DNA of 64,000 nucleotides, taken from Histomonas meleagridis 2922-C6/04-290x (lineage: Eukaryota; Protista; Parabasalia). Shown in pieces: positions 45,182 to 57,191 of this stretch (its first letter is position 1; every line of letters starts with the position of its first letter). The notes beneath the pieces were generated by a model that worked only from the letters and a program-made list of their open reading frames with translations, made no database searches and was not told the origin of the DNA. The DNA lies in assembly GCA_020184695.1 (NCBI GenBank), contig JAANOX010000078.1, forward strand, positions 62,001 through 126,000, given 5' to 3'. The position numbers and the translations under genes were made by a program.

Positions 45182-46044
45182 TTGACAATGAAGAATTTTG
45201 TGAATATACGATCCATTCCTAAAGGAGGTAAAAAGTATCTTGGTTATTACACGAGTGAGATTTTCAATGATTCCAAATGTATCATCGGGGGTACATTCGA
45301 AGATTGTAATAGGCAGGATTGCTCCTTTTTATCTGGCCTTATTATATCAGAAAGTGTTTCTTCATTTATATTAATTTGTTTTTTTTTGCCAAATTTTCAC
45401 GTAATTTTTTCATCAATCCAACAAATGCCAATCGAAAAATAGCATCCTTAGTTTTTCCAGGTATTTTTTATTCTGTGATCAATATTTTTTTTTTGCTACT
45501 TTTCACATTATGAAAATTCAATTCAATCTTTTTATATGGTATCAACTGCATTAAAGTGCTTTACGTATATTGTTGCATCGAATCAAGTTATTTTCCTCAT
45601 CCGAGTTAATTTCCCTAAGTTTGGAGCTATTCTATCCTTTATCATGATATTGGTTGGATTAGCTAATTCAATATATATCATTCTAACCTTCATAAGTGGA
45701 TACTTTCGCCTGGGTATTGCAAAAAAATGAAAATTATTATATTTGTGAATTCGCTTTTTAGTTTTTTGAACATTATTTATAGGACTATTTTCCATAGTGA
45801 CGATTACGAATTAATGCCTTATATTATGTTTGTCTTAAAAGATTGGTCATATAAAAACAGAAGAAATTTTAGCTTTTTCCTTTTTTTCTTGCAAAAATTT
45901 GTTTTTGGAAATTTGCCTGTTTTATTGGTTGTGATTGCAATGATATATATGAAGCCAAATGATAACGTGGCTAATGATGGCGATAAAACAGAACCATCAG
46001 AAAGTACATCCAAAGTAATGCTACACAGTGATTTAATTCCTTGA
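45182..46044 (+). pseudogene. frameshifted paralog of the 50128 multi-TM gene
   Basis: Near-identical segments (NPTNANRK, KIIIFVNSLFSF, FLQKFVFGNLPV) split over frames; one TM segment deleted near 45690. Confidence 0.85.
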
Positions 46045-46134
46045 ATAAATAATTAGTTTGCGGATTTTTTTATGTGCAATATTTAAAAGATTGAAATATG
46101 AAAAATATTCATGTTTTTATCTTAAAAAAGTTTT

Positions 46135-46330
46135 AAACAAAAAACGTTTTTCAAATATTATTTTGAAATATCAAATTATTAACAAAATACATATTAAATA
46201 AAACTAATATAAATATTTTAGCATTAATATCAATACCTTCATGTTCAAGAATTAATTTAACGACTTCTGTTCGAAATTTTGAAGATGCTAATATAAGTTC
46301 TGTATAAAATAATTTAAACAATTTTAAAAT
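46135..46330 (-). pseudogene. orphan ankyrin repeat with flanking insert remnants
   Basis: YTELILASSKFRTEVVKLILEHEGIDINAK followed by ...AATTTGATATTTCAAAATAATATTTGAAAA. Confidence 0.7.
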
Positions 46331-47030
46331 ACTGTGTTGTTTTTCTGAATCACATAAATGAATATTTCCAGCTTCAAAATCATCTCATGATTCGTGTAGA
46401 GATTTTCTATGAAAAAGTTTTTAATTGAATTGTATTTAATCGTGAGCCGTTATAAACCCGACCGATTATCTTCTCAATTCCTAAGGCGATCAAAATGAAT
46501 TGAATTTCTGGTAAACGAATTTTGGATTTAAATAGGTTTTCGGACTTTTTGTAGCATAATATTTCCCATCATGTATAAAATAAAACATGTACTAAAATAT
46601 ATTTTGAACAATTTTATTGATTTTAGGCATAATTAGTTTTCTCATCATAGTAAACCATTGAAATTTATTTCTTGTGCGCATAATCAGCCGGACAAATATC
46701 ACAATAATTATTTTTGGCTTAAAAAACCTTTTTTATTAAATCGTTTAAATGTACATTTATATTAGATGTGACTTTATTGTTCTATTAAAATGTTCTTATT
46801 TCTTTTATAATATTCCAAATCTGCATAATTATTTTTAATTACAAATAAATAATATATCATTTGAATAATAACTAAATCATAAGATAAATGATGAATTTCA
46901 TCGATAAATTTATCGATTATTAAACATAAAGATCGAGTGAAATTTTCTTTATTCAAACTTATTGAACGGCCCTATTTTTCGTACTCAGTTTACTTTTTCC
47001 TGAATAAGACTTTATTCAACTTCAATTTTA

Positions 47031-48680
47031 CTAATCTATCAAGCTCATGTCAAGCGTGTTCTCACTGTTGTTGTTGTTGTTGTTGTATTGTTTCTTTTTT
47101 CTAGAAAGAATAACTAATCCAACAATTAATGCCGTACCCAAAATCACAGCAAGCAGAACGGAGACACAAATTGCGATAGTCGTGGTGTTGATACCGGAAG
47201 AATACGTGCCCGAATTAGTGATTGCGCTCGAAAATGTACTTGAAAATATGTTTGAAAATGTGTTTGAAAATATTTTCGATTGCGTGAATGTATATAAAAA
47301 TGTGTTTGATTTCGTGAATGTACGTAAAAATGTGTTTGATTTCGTGAATGTACGTAAAAATGTGTTCGATTTCGTGAATGTACGTAAAAATGTGTTCGAT
47401 TTCGTGAATGTGTTTGAAGTGATTGTTGATATTGGCTGACATCCTTCAATTGTTATTCCTTTGGAAGGTTTCAAATTTCCAAACTTTTTATCTTCATATG
47501 TTTCCAATGTCATAACATATTCTGCTGGAACGCCGTCAAAAAAATTATAATAAAATAATGGCGATGATTGGCCATAAAAATAAATGCATTTGAGTGACCT
47601 GCATAAATAGAATGCATAATCATCAATTACTTTCACCCCTTGGCCATTAATGACTGTTGCAAATCCAGAACAATTATAAAATGCATAATCACCAATCGTT
47701 TCAACGCCTTCGCCAATAATGACTGTTTCTAATTTATTACATTCATAAAATACATAGTCACTAATTAATGTGACTGTGCTTGGGATTACAAATTTTGCAC
47801 TTCGAATTCCGGATGGATAGCAAATGATAGCAGTACTATTTTTGTTGTAAATGATTCCATTGATATCATTGATATAATGCGCATTTCCTTCAGACACATT
47901 GATGAATTGGAGACTTTGGCAATCTGCAAATGGATTTAAGCCAATTGATGTGACTGAACTCGGAAATGTGATGACTTTCAATGAAGAACATTGAGTAAAT
48001 ACATAATAACCAATTGTTTTCATCCCTTCGCCAATAGTGACCGTTACTAATTTAGTACAAGATACAAATGCATAATTATCATTTGATGTGACTGAACCAG
48101 GAATTGCGATGTCTTGCAATGAAGAACATAATTCAAATGCATCTAAACTGATTGTTTCCACGCCTTCTCCAATAGTGACTGTTACTAATAAAGAACATGA
48201 ATGAAATGCACGTTGACCAATTAATGTGACTGAACCAGGAATTGCGATGATTTTCAATGAATCGCATTTTTCAAATGCAGAATCACCAATTAATGTGACT
48301 GAACTCGGAATTGTGATGGTTTTCAATGAAGAACATAATTCAAATGCATGATCACCAATTGTTTTCACACCTTCGCCAATAGTGACTTTCTCTAATTTAT
48401 TACATGAATAAAATGCAGAATCACCAATTAATGTGACTATGCTTGGGATTACATGTATTTCATTTGTGAAACTCACTCGGATCCGACACAGTGAAAGTTT
48501 TCGTTATATCATCATATGTCTGTAACGTGTGGGTGAAGAATACGACAATAAGAAAAGAAATAAACTGTCTTTCTTCGGAGCAATTATCTAAAATAGGACT
48601 TGCTTTGATGGGGGCTGTGTTATTTAAAAGGGAAAATAATGTAATCACACAAATGATACAAATATGAAAAAGCAAATGTT
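47031..48680 (-). CDS. BspA-like TpLRR surface protein, frameshifted after its N-terminus (possible pseudogene)
   Basis: TIGEGVKTIGDHAFELCSSL repeats, T/S-rich stalk and TM AICVSVLLAVILGTALIVGLVIL; signal-like FISFLIVVFFTHT lies in another frame upstream of about 48470. Confidence 0.8.
47290..47410. repeat. 30-bp coding tandem repeat (TFTKSNTFLR)
   Basis: GATTTCGTGAATGTACGTAAAAATGTGTT repeated about 4 times. Confidence 0.85.
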
Positions 48681-48889
48681 TGTCTCGTTGACATGAAATT
48701 TAAGATGTTTTGAATCAGAAACATTTTGCCTGAGAAATGCACGTGATCATGGATAGTAGCGTGGCAGTAGTTGCTCGAAAAATCTTCGTTTTCAAATAGC
48801 ATGTTGCTTTGGACTTTAAACACAACTTGGCTCAGTGAATTTTGGCATGGACATGTTGTGTGCGCTGCAAGTATCAAAAAACAAAATGC

Positions 48890-49460
48890 ATAATAAATAA
48901 TTTCATTTATATTATTTACATCCTCAATAGTTTTTATTAATTTACAATTATAAAATGAATATTCGCCAATTTCACTTACGTTATTCCTATTTATAATTTC
49001 ATAGCAATGATATAAAAATATAAAATGTTTCATAACTAAATACACTTAGTATATTTCCTATTATAACATTTTGTAATGAATTGCAATTTCTGTTAATATG
49101 CCATCAAGTGTAAATACCATACGGGTATATTTATAAATATTGTTAAATCATAACATTTTTGAAATGAATAATCACCAAGTGTTGTTAATGAATCAGAAAA
49201 AACTACTTCACTAAGACTTACACAATTTAAAAACGCACATTCGCCAACAGTATTTAATCCTTCAGTAAAATTAATTTTTATGAATATTTTACAGACGAAA
49301 AGGCATATGAATCAAAATTTGTGACTGATTCAGGAATAGTAATAAATAGATATGAATTGCATGATGAAAATATTGAATTTGGTATTATTTTTAGATTAGA
49401 CATTCTTCATGCATTAATTTAATTTTTTAGAAAGGTGAACATTGTTTTATTTTTTCCACT
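48890..49460 (-). pseudogene. BspA LRR remnant
   Basis: ITIPESVT, TVGECAFLNCVSLSEV and VSEIGEYSFYNC fragments with stops. Confidence 0.6.
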
Positions 49461-49614
49461 TTATTTTATTTTTTATGACTTTTATTACCGTTTATTTCAA
49501 TTAAACATATGCAATGCCAAATATTCCGGAAATGGCTACATATTCAATTTTTTTATGCATGATTTGTAAATCCTTGCGTCTTAGCGTTTTTTTGAGTGCT
49601 TTTTCAAGACGATA

Positions 49615-50027
49615 CAGCATTTTCAGGAGGTTACAGAAAAATCACATACGGTTATGAGAAAACAACAAAAGGTTTCATCAACAATTATCAGTGCGGAATT
49701 TTCTTGTATTCATGAATTCATAAGAAAAATTAAACTGTCTGTATTTATACAAATTGTTGATGTCTGTATCTGCTATTATATTTTTATGTTGCTTTATTGC
49801 ACAATGCACTTCAAAATGCAATTTCAAAAATTGATTAGCCAATTGTGTTGCTATTTTGGCATTATATGCTATGCTTTGCATAAGATATTTTTAGCATCAA
49901 AAAATTTATAAATAAACATCGCATTCATTTTTCTTTTGAAAAGCAAAATCTAAGTTCTAAGAAACCGTTTATATCGATCCTCAATATAACCGTTTATCGT
50001 TTTCCCATAACCCCCTGAAAAATGCTG
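49615..50027. mobile_element. Tc1/mariner-type MITE (TA-flanked, about 20-45 bp terminal inverted repeats)
   Basis: TA|CAGCATTTTCAGGAGGTTA ... TAACCCCCTGAAAAATGCTG|TA; similarity extends inward to ACGGTTAT on both arms. Confidence 0.65.
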
Positions 50028-50127
50028 TAAAACAGGTGAAAAAGTTGGCATTTTTGAATGTTCTTTGGTTGGTTTACATCACAAAAAGGTGGCCATTATT
50101 TAGGGTCAAAAAAGTGGGAAATTTCAA

Positions 50128-51114
50128 ATGTCCAATGGTCAGTTTCCCTTAAATACAGTCAATGTAACAAAGGAAATAGGTATTAGCACTTGGTACCAGA
50201 ATCAAATTTTCAATGATTCTGCCTGTATAATCGGATATACATCTCATGATTGTCAGATGAATGGGAAACACGGTCTTTTAACTGTCCTTGTTGTTTCTCA
50301 AAGTATCTCTTCTTTTATATTAATTTATTTTTTTGCCAAATTTGCACGTAATTTTTTCATCAATCCAACAAATGCCAATCGAAAAATGGCATCTTTGGTT
50401 ATTCCAGGGATCCTTTATTCCTTGATCAATGTTTTTTTTTGCTACTTTTCAAATTATGAAATTTCAATACAATATCTTTATATTATATCTATGGCACTCA
50501 GGTGCTTTACATATATTGTTGCAGCAAATCAAGTTATTTTCCTCATCCGTGTTAATTCCCCTATTTTTGGAGCTGTTCTACACTTTATCATGGTATTGAT
50601 TGGATTAGTTAATTCAATTTTTATCATTGCGATCTTAGTATGTGTTTTAACAATGCATCATTTTGAGAACTATGAATTTTATATATTTCTTGTAATTGAA
50701 AGTTTATCAATTTTATTATATACATTTGTATGTGTTCATGTATTTGTCTTTTCAAACGAGGTTGAGTGGATAGTTTCGCCTGGGTATTGCAAAAAAATGA
50801 AAATTATAATATTTGTGAATTCGCTTTTTAGTTTTTTCAGCATTGCTTATAAGATCATTTTTCATAGTGGCGATTACTTATTAATGCCTTATATTATGTT
50901 TGTCTTATTAGGCTGGGAGAAAGAAAAGAGAAGAAATTTTAACTTTTTCCTTTTTTTCTTGCAAAAATTTGTTTTTGGAAATTTACCTGTTTTATTGGTT
51001 GTGATTGCAATGATATATATGAAGCCAAATGATAACGTGGCTAATGGCGATAAAACAGAACCATCAGAAAATACATCCAAAGCAATGCTCCACAGTGATT
51101 TAGTCGATCCTTGA
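50128..51114 (+). CDS. orphan multi-pass (about 7 TM) membrane protein
   Basis: Seven to eight hydrophobic segments with an N-terminal Cys pair. Confidence 0.75.
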   Translation: MSNGQFPLNTVNVTKEIGISTWYQNQIFNDSACIIGYTSHDCQMNGKHGLLTVLVVSQSISSFILIYFFAKFARNFFINPTNANRKMASLVIPGILYSLINVFFCYFSNYEISIQYLYIISMALRCFTYIVAANQVIFLIRVNSPIFGAVLHFIMVLIGLVNSIFIIAILVCVLTMHHFENYEFYIFLVIESLSILLYTFVCVHVFVFSNEVEWIVSPGYCKKMKIIIFVNSLFSFFSIAYKIIFHSGDYLLMPYIMFVLLGWEKEKRRNFNFFLFFLQKFVFGNLPVLLVVIAMIYMKPNDNVANGDKTEPSENTSKAMLHSDLVDP

Positions 51115-51504
51115 ATGAACAATTCGTATGCGATGAAATAATAAAAAATAAAGACAACTTTTTGATTTTGTTAATTCAAACACTTGTTCAACAACTTGAT
51201 TTGTTTGGGCTGATTAATATATTATAACATTTAAGTAAAAAATTATATGAAAATGGTTTTGTTTATCAATACTTAGAAGTAAATTTTTTTAAGAAAATTT
51301 CTGATAATTTGCCAAAATAAATTTTGAGATTTAAAGAATTTTATTTTTGTTAAAGTTGATGTGTGTATGCACACAGTGCCAAAAATTGATGAATTTTCCT
51401 AAAACAATTTCTTCAAGAAAAATTTGCACGAGAGAAATTTTCATAGAAAATATTGCTGCCAAAATAATTCATACGTTTTAAATTTCGTCAGCTATAGGAG
51501 TTGT

Positions 51505-53190
51505 ATGGATGAAGATTTTTCGCTGATAATTCAAGAATTTTTAGAGCAATTTAGAAATAGTGAAGACACCGATAATTCATATTGTTATGGGCTTGGACAA
51601 CATGATCCACTTTCTCCATTTTTATTTAGATATCCGTTAGTACCCAACATTTCTTTATTTCTTGAAGGTCCATCAATTTTCGATAACAGCCTTTCAAGCA
51701 CAAATACTCTGCAAAATTTTGGCGTTTATGATGATGATTCATTATCAGAAGAATATTTCTCCATCATTTCCATGATACATTGTTTTTCAGAACTCAACAC
51801 CAAACGTATTTCTTATAACAAATACAAATGCCAATTTTGTGAATTCTGTAATTCACGAACAGAAGTTTTAAATCATATCATTGAATCACACCAAAAAGAA
51901 ATATGTACTCATCTTGAATCTCATCTTCATTATATTAAGAGTGATAAAGATTATTTAGAAGGCATGCTTACCAAACTCCAATTTGATCGTGCTATCAAAC
52001 GAAATAAACAACCAAATTATATTCTTCAATCCAACAGTAATACCATTGCTCCAAGCCTCCAAGCTTACGAATCCGGCTCAGAAGAGTCCTATGATGATTT
52101 TGAGGAAGACTTTGAAATTGATATCAATGACAATTCCAATTCCGACGAAGCACATTCTACGTTTGGAATTTATTATAATTCGAAATATTCTTCAACGTTT
52201 ACCAAATTTATCCGAAAACATTCACCTACCAATTCATCATCATATGATATATTTGATTTGCCAATCCAATCATTCAACAATATAAATGCTGGGGAACAAA
52301 TATTACTTCCGATTATTGACTCATATATCCAACCTAACGACTTTTTTCGTGATTCAATTTTATCATCATTTCCTGAAGAAGAAGAAATTTCTTCAAAAAA
52401 TCGGTCGAAACGTAAAAAGCGAAAACCCGAAACAATATCATATCTTGAGACTATTCCCAAACAATATCAACAGACCATTATTCAGAACATTTCTACGAAT
52501 TTAATCAAAAAATACATTTTCACAAATTGTAATCAAATTATTCGAACGAATTTACAAGCCAAAAAGAAACAAATTCAAGAACAACTTCTTAAAGAGAAAG
52601 AACAAAGACAACGGAATGAAGAAAAGCAACGACTAATAGCAATGCGAGAACGCCGTAAGCAAAAGATCAATGAATATTCGACTAAATTACAAGAGCCTCT
52701 TATCAAAACATTTATTCGTAATGAGATTCATAACATATATAATGAAGAGATTGAAAACAATAATTCATTATACAACTTGAAAAATATAAATTTGGAATAT
52801 AATAACGTTGTTATTGTCCATGGTTTAGTTCTTCGAAAACATTTAAATATCGAATTCTTGGAAAACGCATTTAATACATTGGCATTCGAAACTGATGAAG
52901 ATGGAAACCCGAAAATTCGTTTCATATATTACGAAAATAGAATTATGCCGCTGCTGTTCCTCGCAAATTTGGACGAGGTGAAAAAGGCGTTGTCAATGAG
53001 CTTCGGAATGTTCGAGTCGTCCGTAGTGCGGCTGTCGAGATTCGATGACAGTAATGGCGACGAAATCATAAAACTGTTCACGGGGCAACAAATAGTGAAG
53101 AAAATAGCAAAGAATTTTAACGAGATAAATGAAAACGGAGGTAAAAATGTGCTGAAGGAAATGTCGCCAATAATAAATTTAGATAAATAA
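51505..53190 (+). CDS. hypothetical protein with a C2H2-like zinc finger and a coiled coil
   Basis: YKCQFCEFCNSRTEVLNHIIESH; likely ATG at 51505. Confidence 0.65.
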   Translation: MDEDFSLIIQEFLEQFRNSEDTDNSYCYGLGQHDPLSPFLFRYPLVPNISLFLEGPSIFDNSLSSTNTLQNFGVYDDDSLSEEYFSIISMIHCFSELNTKRISYNKYKCQFCEFCNSRTEVLNHIIESHQKEICTHLESHLHYIKSDKDYLEGMLTKLQFDRAIKRNKQPNYILQSNSNTIAPSLQAYESGSEESYDDFEEDFEIDINDNSNSDEAHSTFGIYYNSKYSSTFTKFIRKHSPTNSSSYDIFDLPIQSFNNINAGEQILLPIIDSYIQPNDFFRDSILSSFPEEEEISSKNRSKRKKRKPETISYLETIPKQYQQTIIQNISTNLIKKYIFTNCNQIIRTNLQAKKKQIQEQLLKEKEQRQRNEEKQRLIAMRERRKQKINEYSTKLQEPLIKTFIRNEIHNIYNEEIENNNSLYNLKNINLEYNNVVIVHGLVLRKHLNIEFLENAFNTLAFETDEDGNPKIRFIYYENRIMPLLFLANLDEVKKALSMSFGMFESSVVRLSRFDDSNGDEIIKLFTGQQIVKKIAKNFNEINENGGKNVLKEMSPIINLDK

Positions 53191-53921
53191 ATATATAATG
53201 AAATGTTTAATACGTGAAAAATTTACTTTCATGAGTCCATAACTCCACACCATCGAATCAATGCAAACTAAAATTATAATAATTAATTCAACTATAGAAA
53301 TACTTTGATAATATCGAAAAATTGTACAAAAACAACAGAATCATACATTTCATCAAATTCCCAATTTCAAATCCAAATGATTTCATTTTTTGTTTAATAA
53401 GAGAACATATTATGGTTATTTTATTTATCATTTTTATCTTTCATTTAAGAACATGGGGGAATAAAAAATAATATGATTAAAGTTGTTTAATTTTATTCAT
53501 CTCCTTAAAACGCGTTTCGAAAAAAAAAAGCATTTGAATGAAATAACCGCTAACGATAACGTAGTAATATCAATTCAAAAATCATTAATCTGAAACCCGT
53601 TATAATTTGAGCGCATCGTTTCGGTTTGTGTAAACAAAATAAATAAAATAAAAAAAGAATAAATTCTTGTTATCTTTTTCTTTGTTATATTTATAAATCT
53701 TTTGATAAATTGATTTTACAAAATAAATCATGAAAAATATTTAGGCTTTTAAATGAATTTTAGGTCAATTGGCCATTTTCTTTAGATAAATCATTAGGAC
53801 CAAATCTTTTCTACATAACACCTAAGCATAAAGAAAAAACTCTCGATAGTTTTCTAGAAAAAGTAAATTTTTTTACCATATACATGCACATTATATTTGA
53901 CCAAGTTTCTTTTGGAAACGG

Positions 53922-53983
53922 GATTTCATTGACACTTTTAAATATTCATATCAAAAAATCTATTTAAAAGTGTCAATGAAATC
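53922..53983. repeat. perfect 23-bp inverted repeat with a 16-nt loop
   Basis: GATTTCATTGACACTTTTAAATA / TATTTAAAAGTGTCAATGAAATC. Confidence 0.9.
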
Positions 53984-54410
53984 GGCAGAAGAAAAAAACG
54001 GAGAAAAAAATGAAATTCTTTTCAATATTTTTATATTTTAGTAATATGTATCATGAAAACCATATGAGTTATATATGTAAATTATTAAAAAACGAAACAA
54101 TTTATAATAATTTTTTTTGAAATTATTTGGTATCGAAAATAACAAAAAGAAACAAAAAACTGCTTGACCCAATCAGAATCAATTTGACCCTAGATAATAG
54201 TTTATGAATTTCAGCCTCTGAAAGTAAGTAATGGTGGCTAGAGTTCTGAAAGTTATTTAACAATACCTCAAGTGAAATGAACTTTTGCGGTGTTGAACGT
54301 TTGTATAAAATTAGTCAGGAATTTGAACGGTTATAACCGTTCATAGGGAGAACGTTCTTATGAAAAAGTCATTTTTTACTCAAAAGGTTAATTATTGTTA
54401 AAAAAAACTC

Positions 54411-57191
54411 ATGCTTTCGTTTCTTCGATTGTTTCTAGTGTATGCGCATTCAGTGGAAAATATTGGAAACCTGAAATGGAAGCCTTGTTTTACAAAAATG
54501 CTATGTCAAGTATCTAAAAATTCAAATGCTAGATCTCATCAACAAATTCTTATGTGTCACTTATTATCATTTCCTACTATATCAAGCTCATCACCAGTTA
54601 GATCGCATTCTTATTTTTTTAATCCCATATGTTTAAAAATTCAACAATATTCTTCATGTTTATATTTCTTTGTTAATATCATTTTTATAATCATTTTACC
54701 AGTTATTTTATTTTTATATATGAAAATGGTAAATTTTAATTATCAAAGTATTCCCAAAAATAAAATAATCAAACAAAAATTTATTTCCTTTATAAGTATA
54801 TTTATACTCTTTTTTACATATTCATTTGAAACATATGTTTCATCGACTCATACATTAACTATATCTAATTCAGATGATTTTAACCAAAGAACTCTTTTCA
54901 AAGATCAAGCCCAACATCTCATAGTTAATGGTGATATACAAGAAATTGTTTCAAATGCTTTTTATAATTGGGGTTCATTAGTTTCTGTTATAATTGATAA
55001 TTCAGTTACATCTATTGGAAGTTTTGCATTCCAATTATGTTCAAACCTTCAAACCTTAACTTTAGGAAATAATGTTGAAACAATTGGTGATAAAGCATTC
55101 TCATCATGTTTCCAATTAACAGGTGTTACATTTAGCGAAAATGTAAAAGCAATCGGTGATAATGCTTTTCAAGCATGTTTTCAAATCACCAATATTTATG
55201 TTCCAAAATCAGTTACACTTGGATCAGGTGCTTTTTCAGGCTGCACAAGACTTCAATTTATAGAAGTTTCGAGTGAAAATAAATATTATGTTAATGGGGA
55301 TAATGGAATTCTTTTCAGCAAAGATATGACAACAATCATTTGTTATCCAGCAGGGCTAACGAGTGAAACATATGAAATCCCAAATTCCGTTATAATAATT
55401 GGTGGTCATGCATTTTATTTATGCAAGTCTTTAAAAAATGTCATTATTCCAGAATCAGTTACAACAATTGAAAGTTCTGCATTTTCTTCATGTTCTGGTT
55501 TTGTACGTTTTACGTTTGGCGAAAATGTAAAAACAATAGGAAGCTCGTCATTTTATATATGTACATCATTAACTCATGTTACAATCCCAAAATCAGTTGA
55601 ATCTATTGGGTCAGGTGCTTTTGCAGGTTGTACAAAACTTCAATTTTTCGAAGTTTCTGATGATAATATGCATTATTCTAATATAAATAGCGGAATTCTT
55701 TTTAACAAAGATATGACAACAATTGTTTGCTATCCAATAGGAATAACTAGTGAAACATATGAAATACCAAGTTCTGTTACAACAATTGGAGCTTATGCAT
55801 TTTATCAATGTTCAACTTTTACGTCTTTCATAATTCCAGAAACAATCACTAAAATTGAACAATTTTCATTTCATGAATGCAGTAATTTAGAATCAATTAC
55901 TATCGGAAATAATGTTAACACAATAAATGGTTATGTATTTTATTCATGTACTAAATTAGAAACAGTTACAATTGGAAAAAATGTTAAGTCATTTGGGATA
56001 AATGCTTTTGGCAGATGTTTATCATTAACAAATATCATAATTCCAGATTTAGTTACTTCAATTGCTATGTATGCATTTTATTACTGCACAAGTTTAAGTA
56101 CAGTTACAATTGGAAGAAGCGTTACTTCAATTGGAGTTTATGCATTTGACAAATGTGATAATTTAAAGTGTATTTATTTCGCTGGATATGAGCCACCAAC
56201 AGGTTCAAATGTATTTAGTACTTCGCTAGAAATACATGTTATGACTTCAGATTTGTATCAAGGCACAGAGTTTTTTGGACTTGAGGTATCCAAAGGTTCA
56301 TCAATTGCCGGATGTGATCAATACATATGGCCAACGCATACGTTTACAAAATCGAATTCATTCACCAAATCAAATACATTTTCACAATCCAATTCATATA
56401 CGCAATCAAACACATTTTCTCAATCAAATACATTTACAAAATCGAATACATTTTCTCAATCAAATACATTTACAAAATCGAATTCATTCACTAAATCGAA
56501 TACATTTACAAAATCAAATACTTTTACAAAATCGAATACATTTTCTCAATCAAATTCATATACGCAATCAAACACATTTTCTCAATCAAATACATTTACA
56601 AAATCGAATACATTTTCTCAATCCAATGCACATATTAATCTAAATACTTTCACAGGATCAAATATAATAACAAATACATTTACATCATCAAATCAATTCG
56701 GAGCAACATATGTTGAAACAATAGTTTTCTCACAATTAATATCGCAAACATTAGTTCCTAAATCGACATTTTCACAAACTATTACACTTTATATGTTTGA
56801 TTCAACTTATTCTTATGTTGAAACGATATTTATATATTATAAATACGAAGTTATTGAGTATACATTATATTTATCATATTACACAGGTTTCTATACGATT
56901 TTGAATCAAAATGCAAATGAAGATAATAATGAAAATAATAAAACGAATGAAATCATAATCGGAGTATGCGTAAGTGTTGGTATTATTGTGATGATTATCA
57001 TAGTTGTCATCTTGGCTGGAAAACTTCGGAATAGGAAACAAAGCACTTTCGAAAGCGAAATTGATGAAAACGTAAACTTTGGTAATAATACTTATGACAT
57101 TTCAACAAATAACTTTGTTAATGTATCAAATGTTGAAGAAGATCCTTTTGCAAAAGATTTCAGAGAAGATGATTTTGTTGTAAATATTTAG
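54411..57191 (+). CDS. BspA-like TpLRR surface protein with SNTF stalk, TM and cytosolic tail
   Basis: Many LRR_5 repeats (VTSIGSFAFQLCSNL), TM IIIGVCVSVGIIVMIIIVVILA and tail EEDPFAKDFRE; start uncertain (54411 or 54720). Confidence 0.9.
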   Translation: MLSFLRLFLVYAHSVENIGNLKWKPCFTKMLCQVSKNSNARSHQQILMCHLLSFPTISSSSPVRSHSYFFNPICLKIQQYSSCLYFFVNIIFIIILPVILFLYMKMVNFNYQSIPKNKIIKQKFISFISIFILFFTYSFETYVSSTHTLTISNSDDFNQRTLFKDQAQHLIVNGDIQEIVSNAFYNWGSLVSVIIDNSVTSIGSFAFQLCSNLQTLTLGNNVETIGDKAFSSCFQLTGVTFSENVKAIGDNAFQACFQITNIYVPKSVTLGSGAFSGCTRLQFIEVSSENKYYVNGDNGILFSKDMTTIICYPAGLTSETYEIPNSVIIIGGHAFYLCKSLKNVIIPESVTTIESSAFSSCSGFVRFTFGENVKTIGSSSFYICTSLTHVTIPKSVESIGSGAFAGCTKLQFFEVSDDNMHYSNINSGILFNKDMTTIVCYPIGITSETYEIPSSVTTIGAYAFYQCSTFTSFIIPETITKIEQFSFHECSNLESITIGNNVNTINGYVFYSCTKLETVTIGKNVKSFGINAFGRCLSLTNIIIPDLVTSIAMYAFYYCTSLSTVTIGRSVTSIGVYAFDKCDNLKCIYFAGYEPPTGSNVFSTSLEIHVMTSDLYQGTEFFGLEVSKGSSIAGCDQYIWPTHTFTKSNSFTKSNTFSQSNSYTQSNTFSQSNTFTKSNTFSQSNTFTKSNSFTKSNTFTKSNTFTKSNTFSQSNSYTQSNTFSQSNTFTKSNTFSQSNAHINLNTFTGSNIITNTFTSSNQFGATYVETIVFSQLISQTLVPKSTFSQTITLYMFDSTYSYVETIFIYYKYEVIEYTLYLSYYTGFYTILNQNANEDNNENNKTNEIIIGVCVSVGIIVMIIIVVILAGKLRNRKQSTFESEIDENVNFGNNTYDISTNNFVNVSNVEEDPFAKDFREDDFVVNI
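56340..56630 (+). repeat. 18-bp coding tandem repeat (SNTFTK/SNTFSQ)
   Basis: About 16 copies of TCRAATACATTTWCWMAA-like units. Confidence 0.88.

Noticed and set aside
47047-47449. Repetitive alternative-frame ORFs over the BspA stalks (also 56275-56643)
   Set aside because: Frame shadows of the coding tandem repeats.
50101-54192. TAGGGTCAAA...TTTGACCCTA as ends of a 4-kb cargo-carrying transposon
   Set aside because: Only a 10-bp match, no transposase, and ordinary genes inside.
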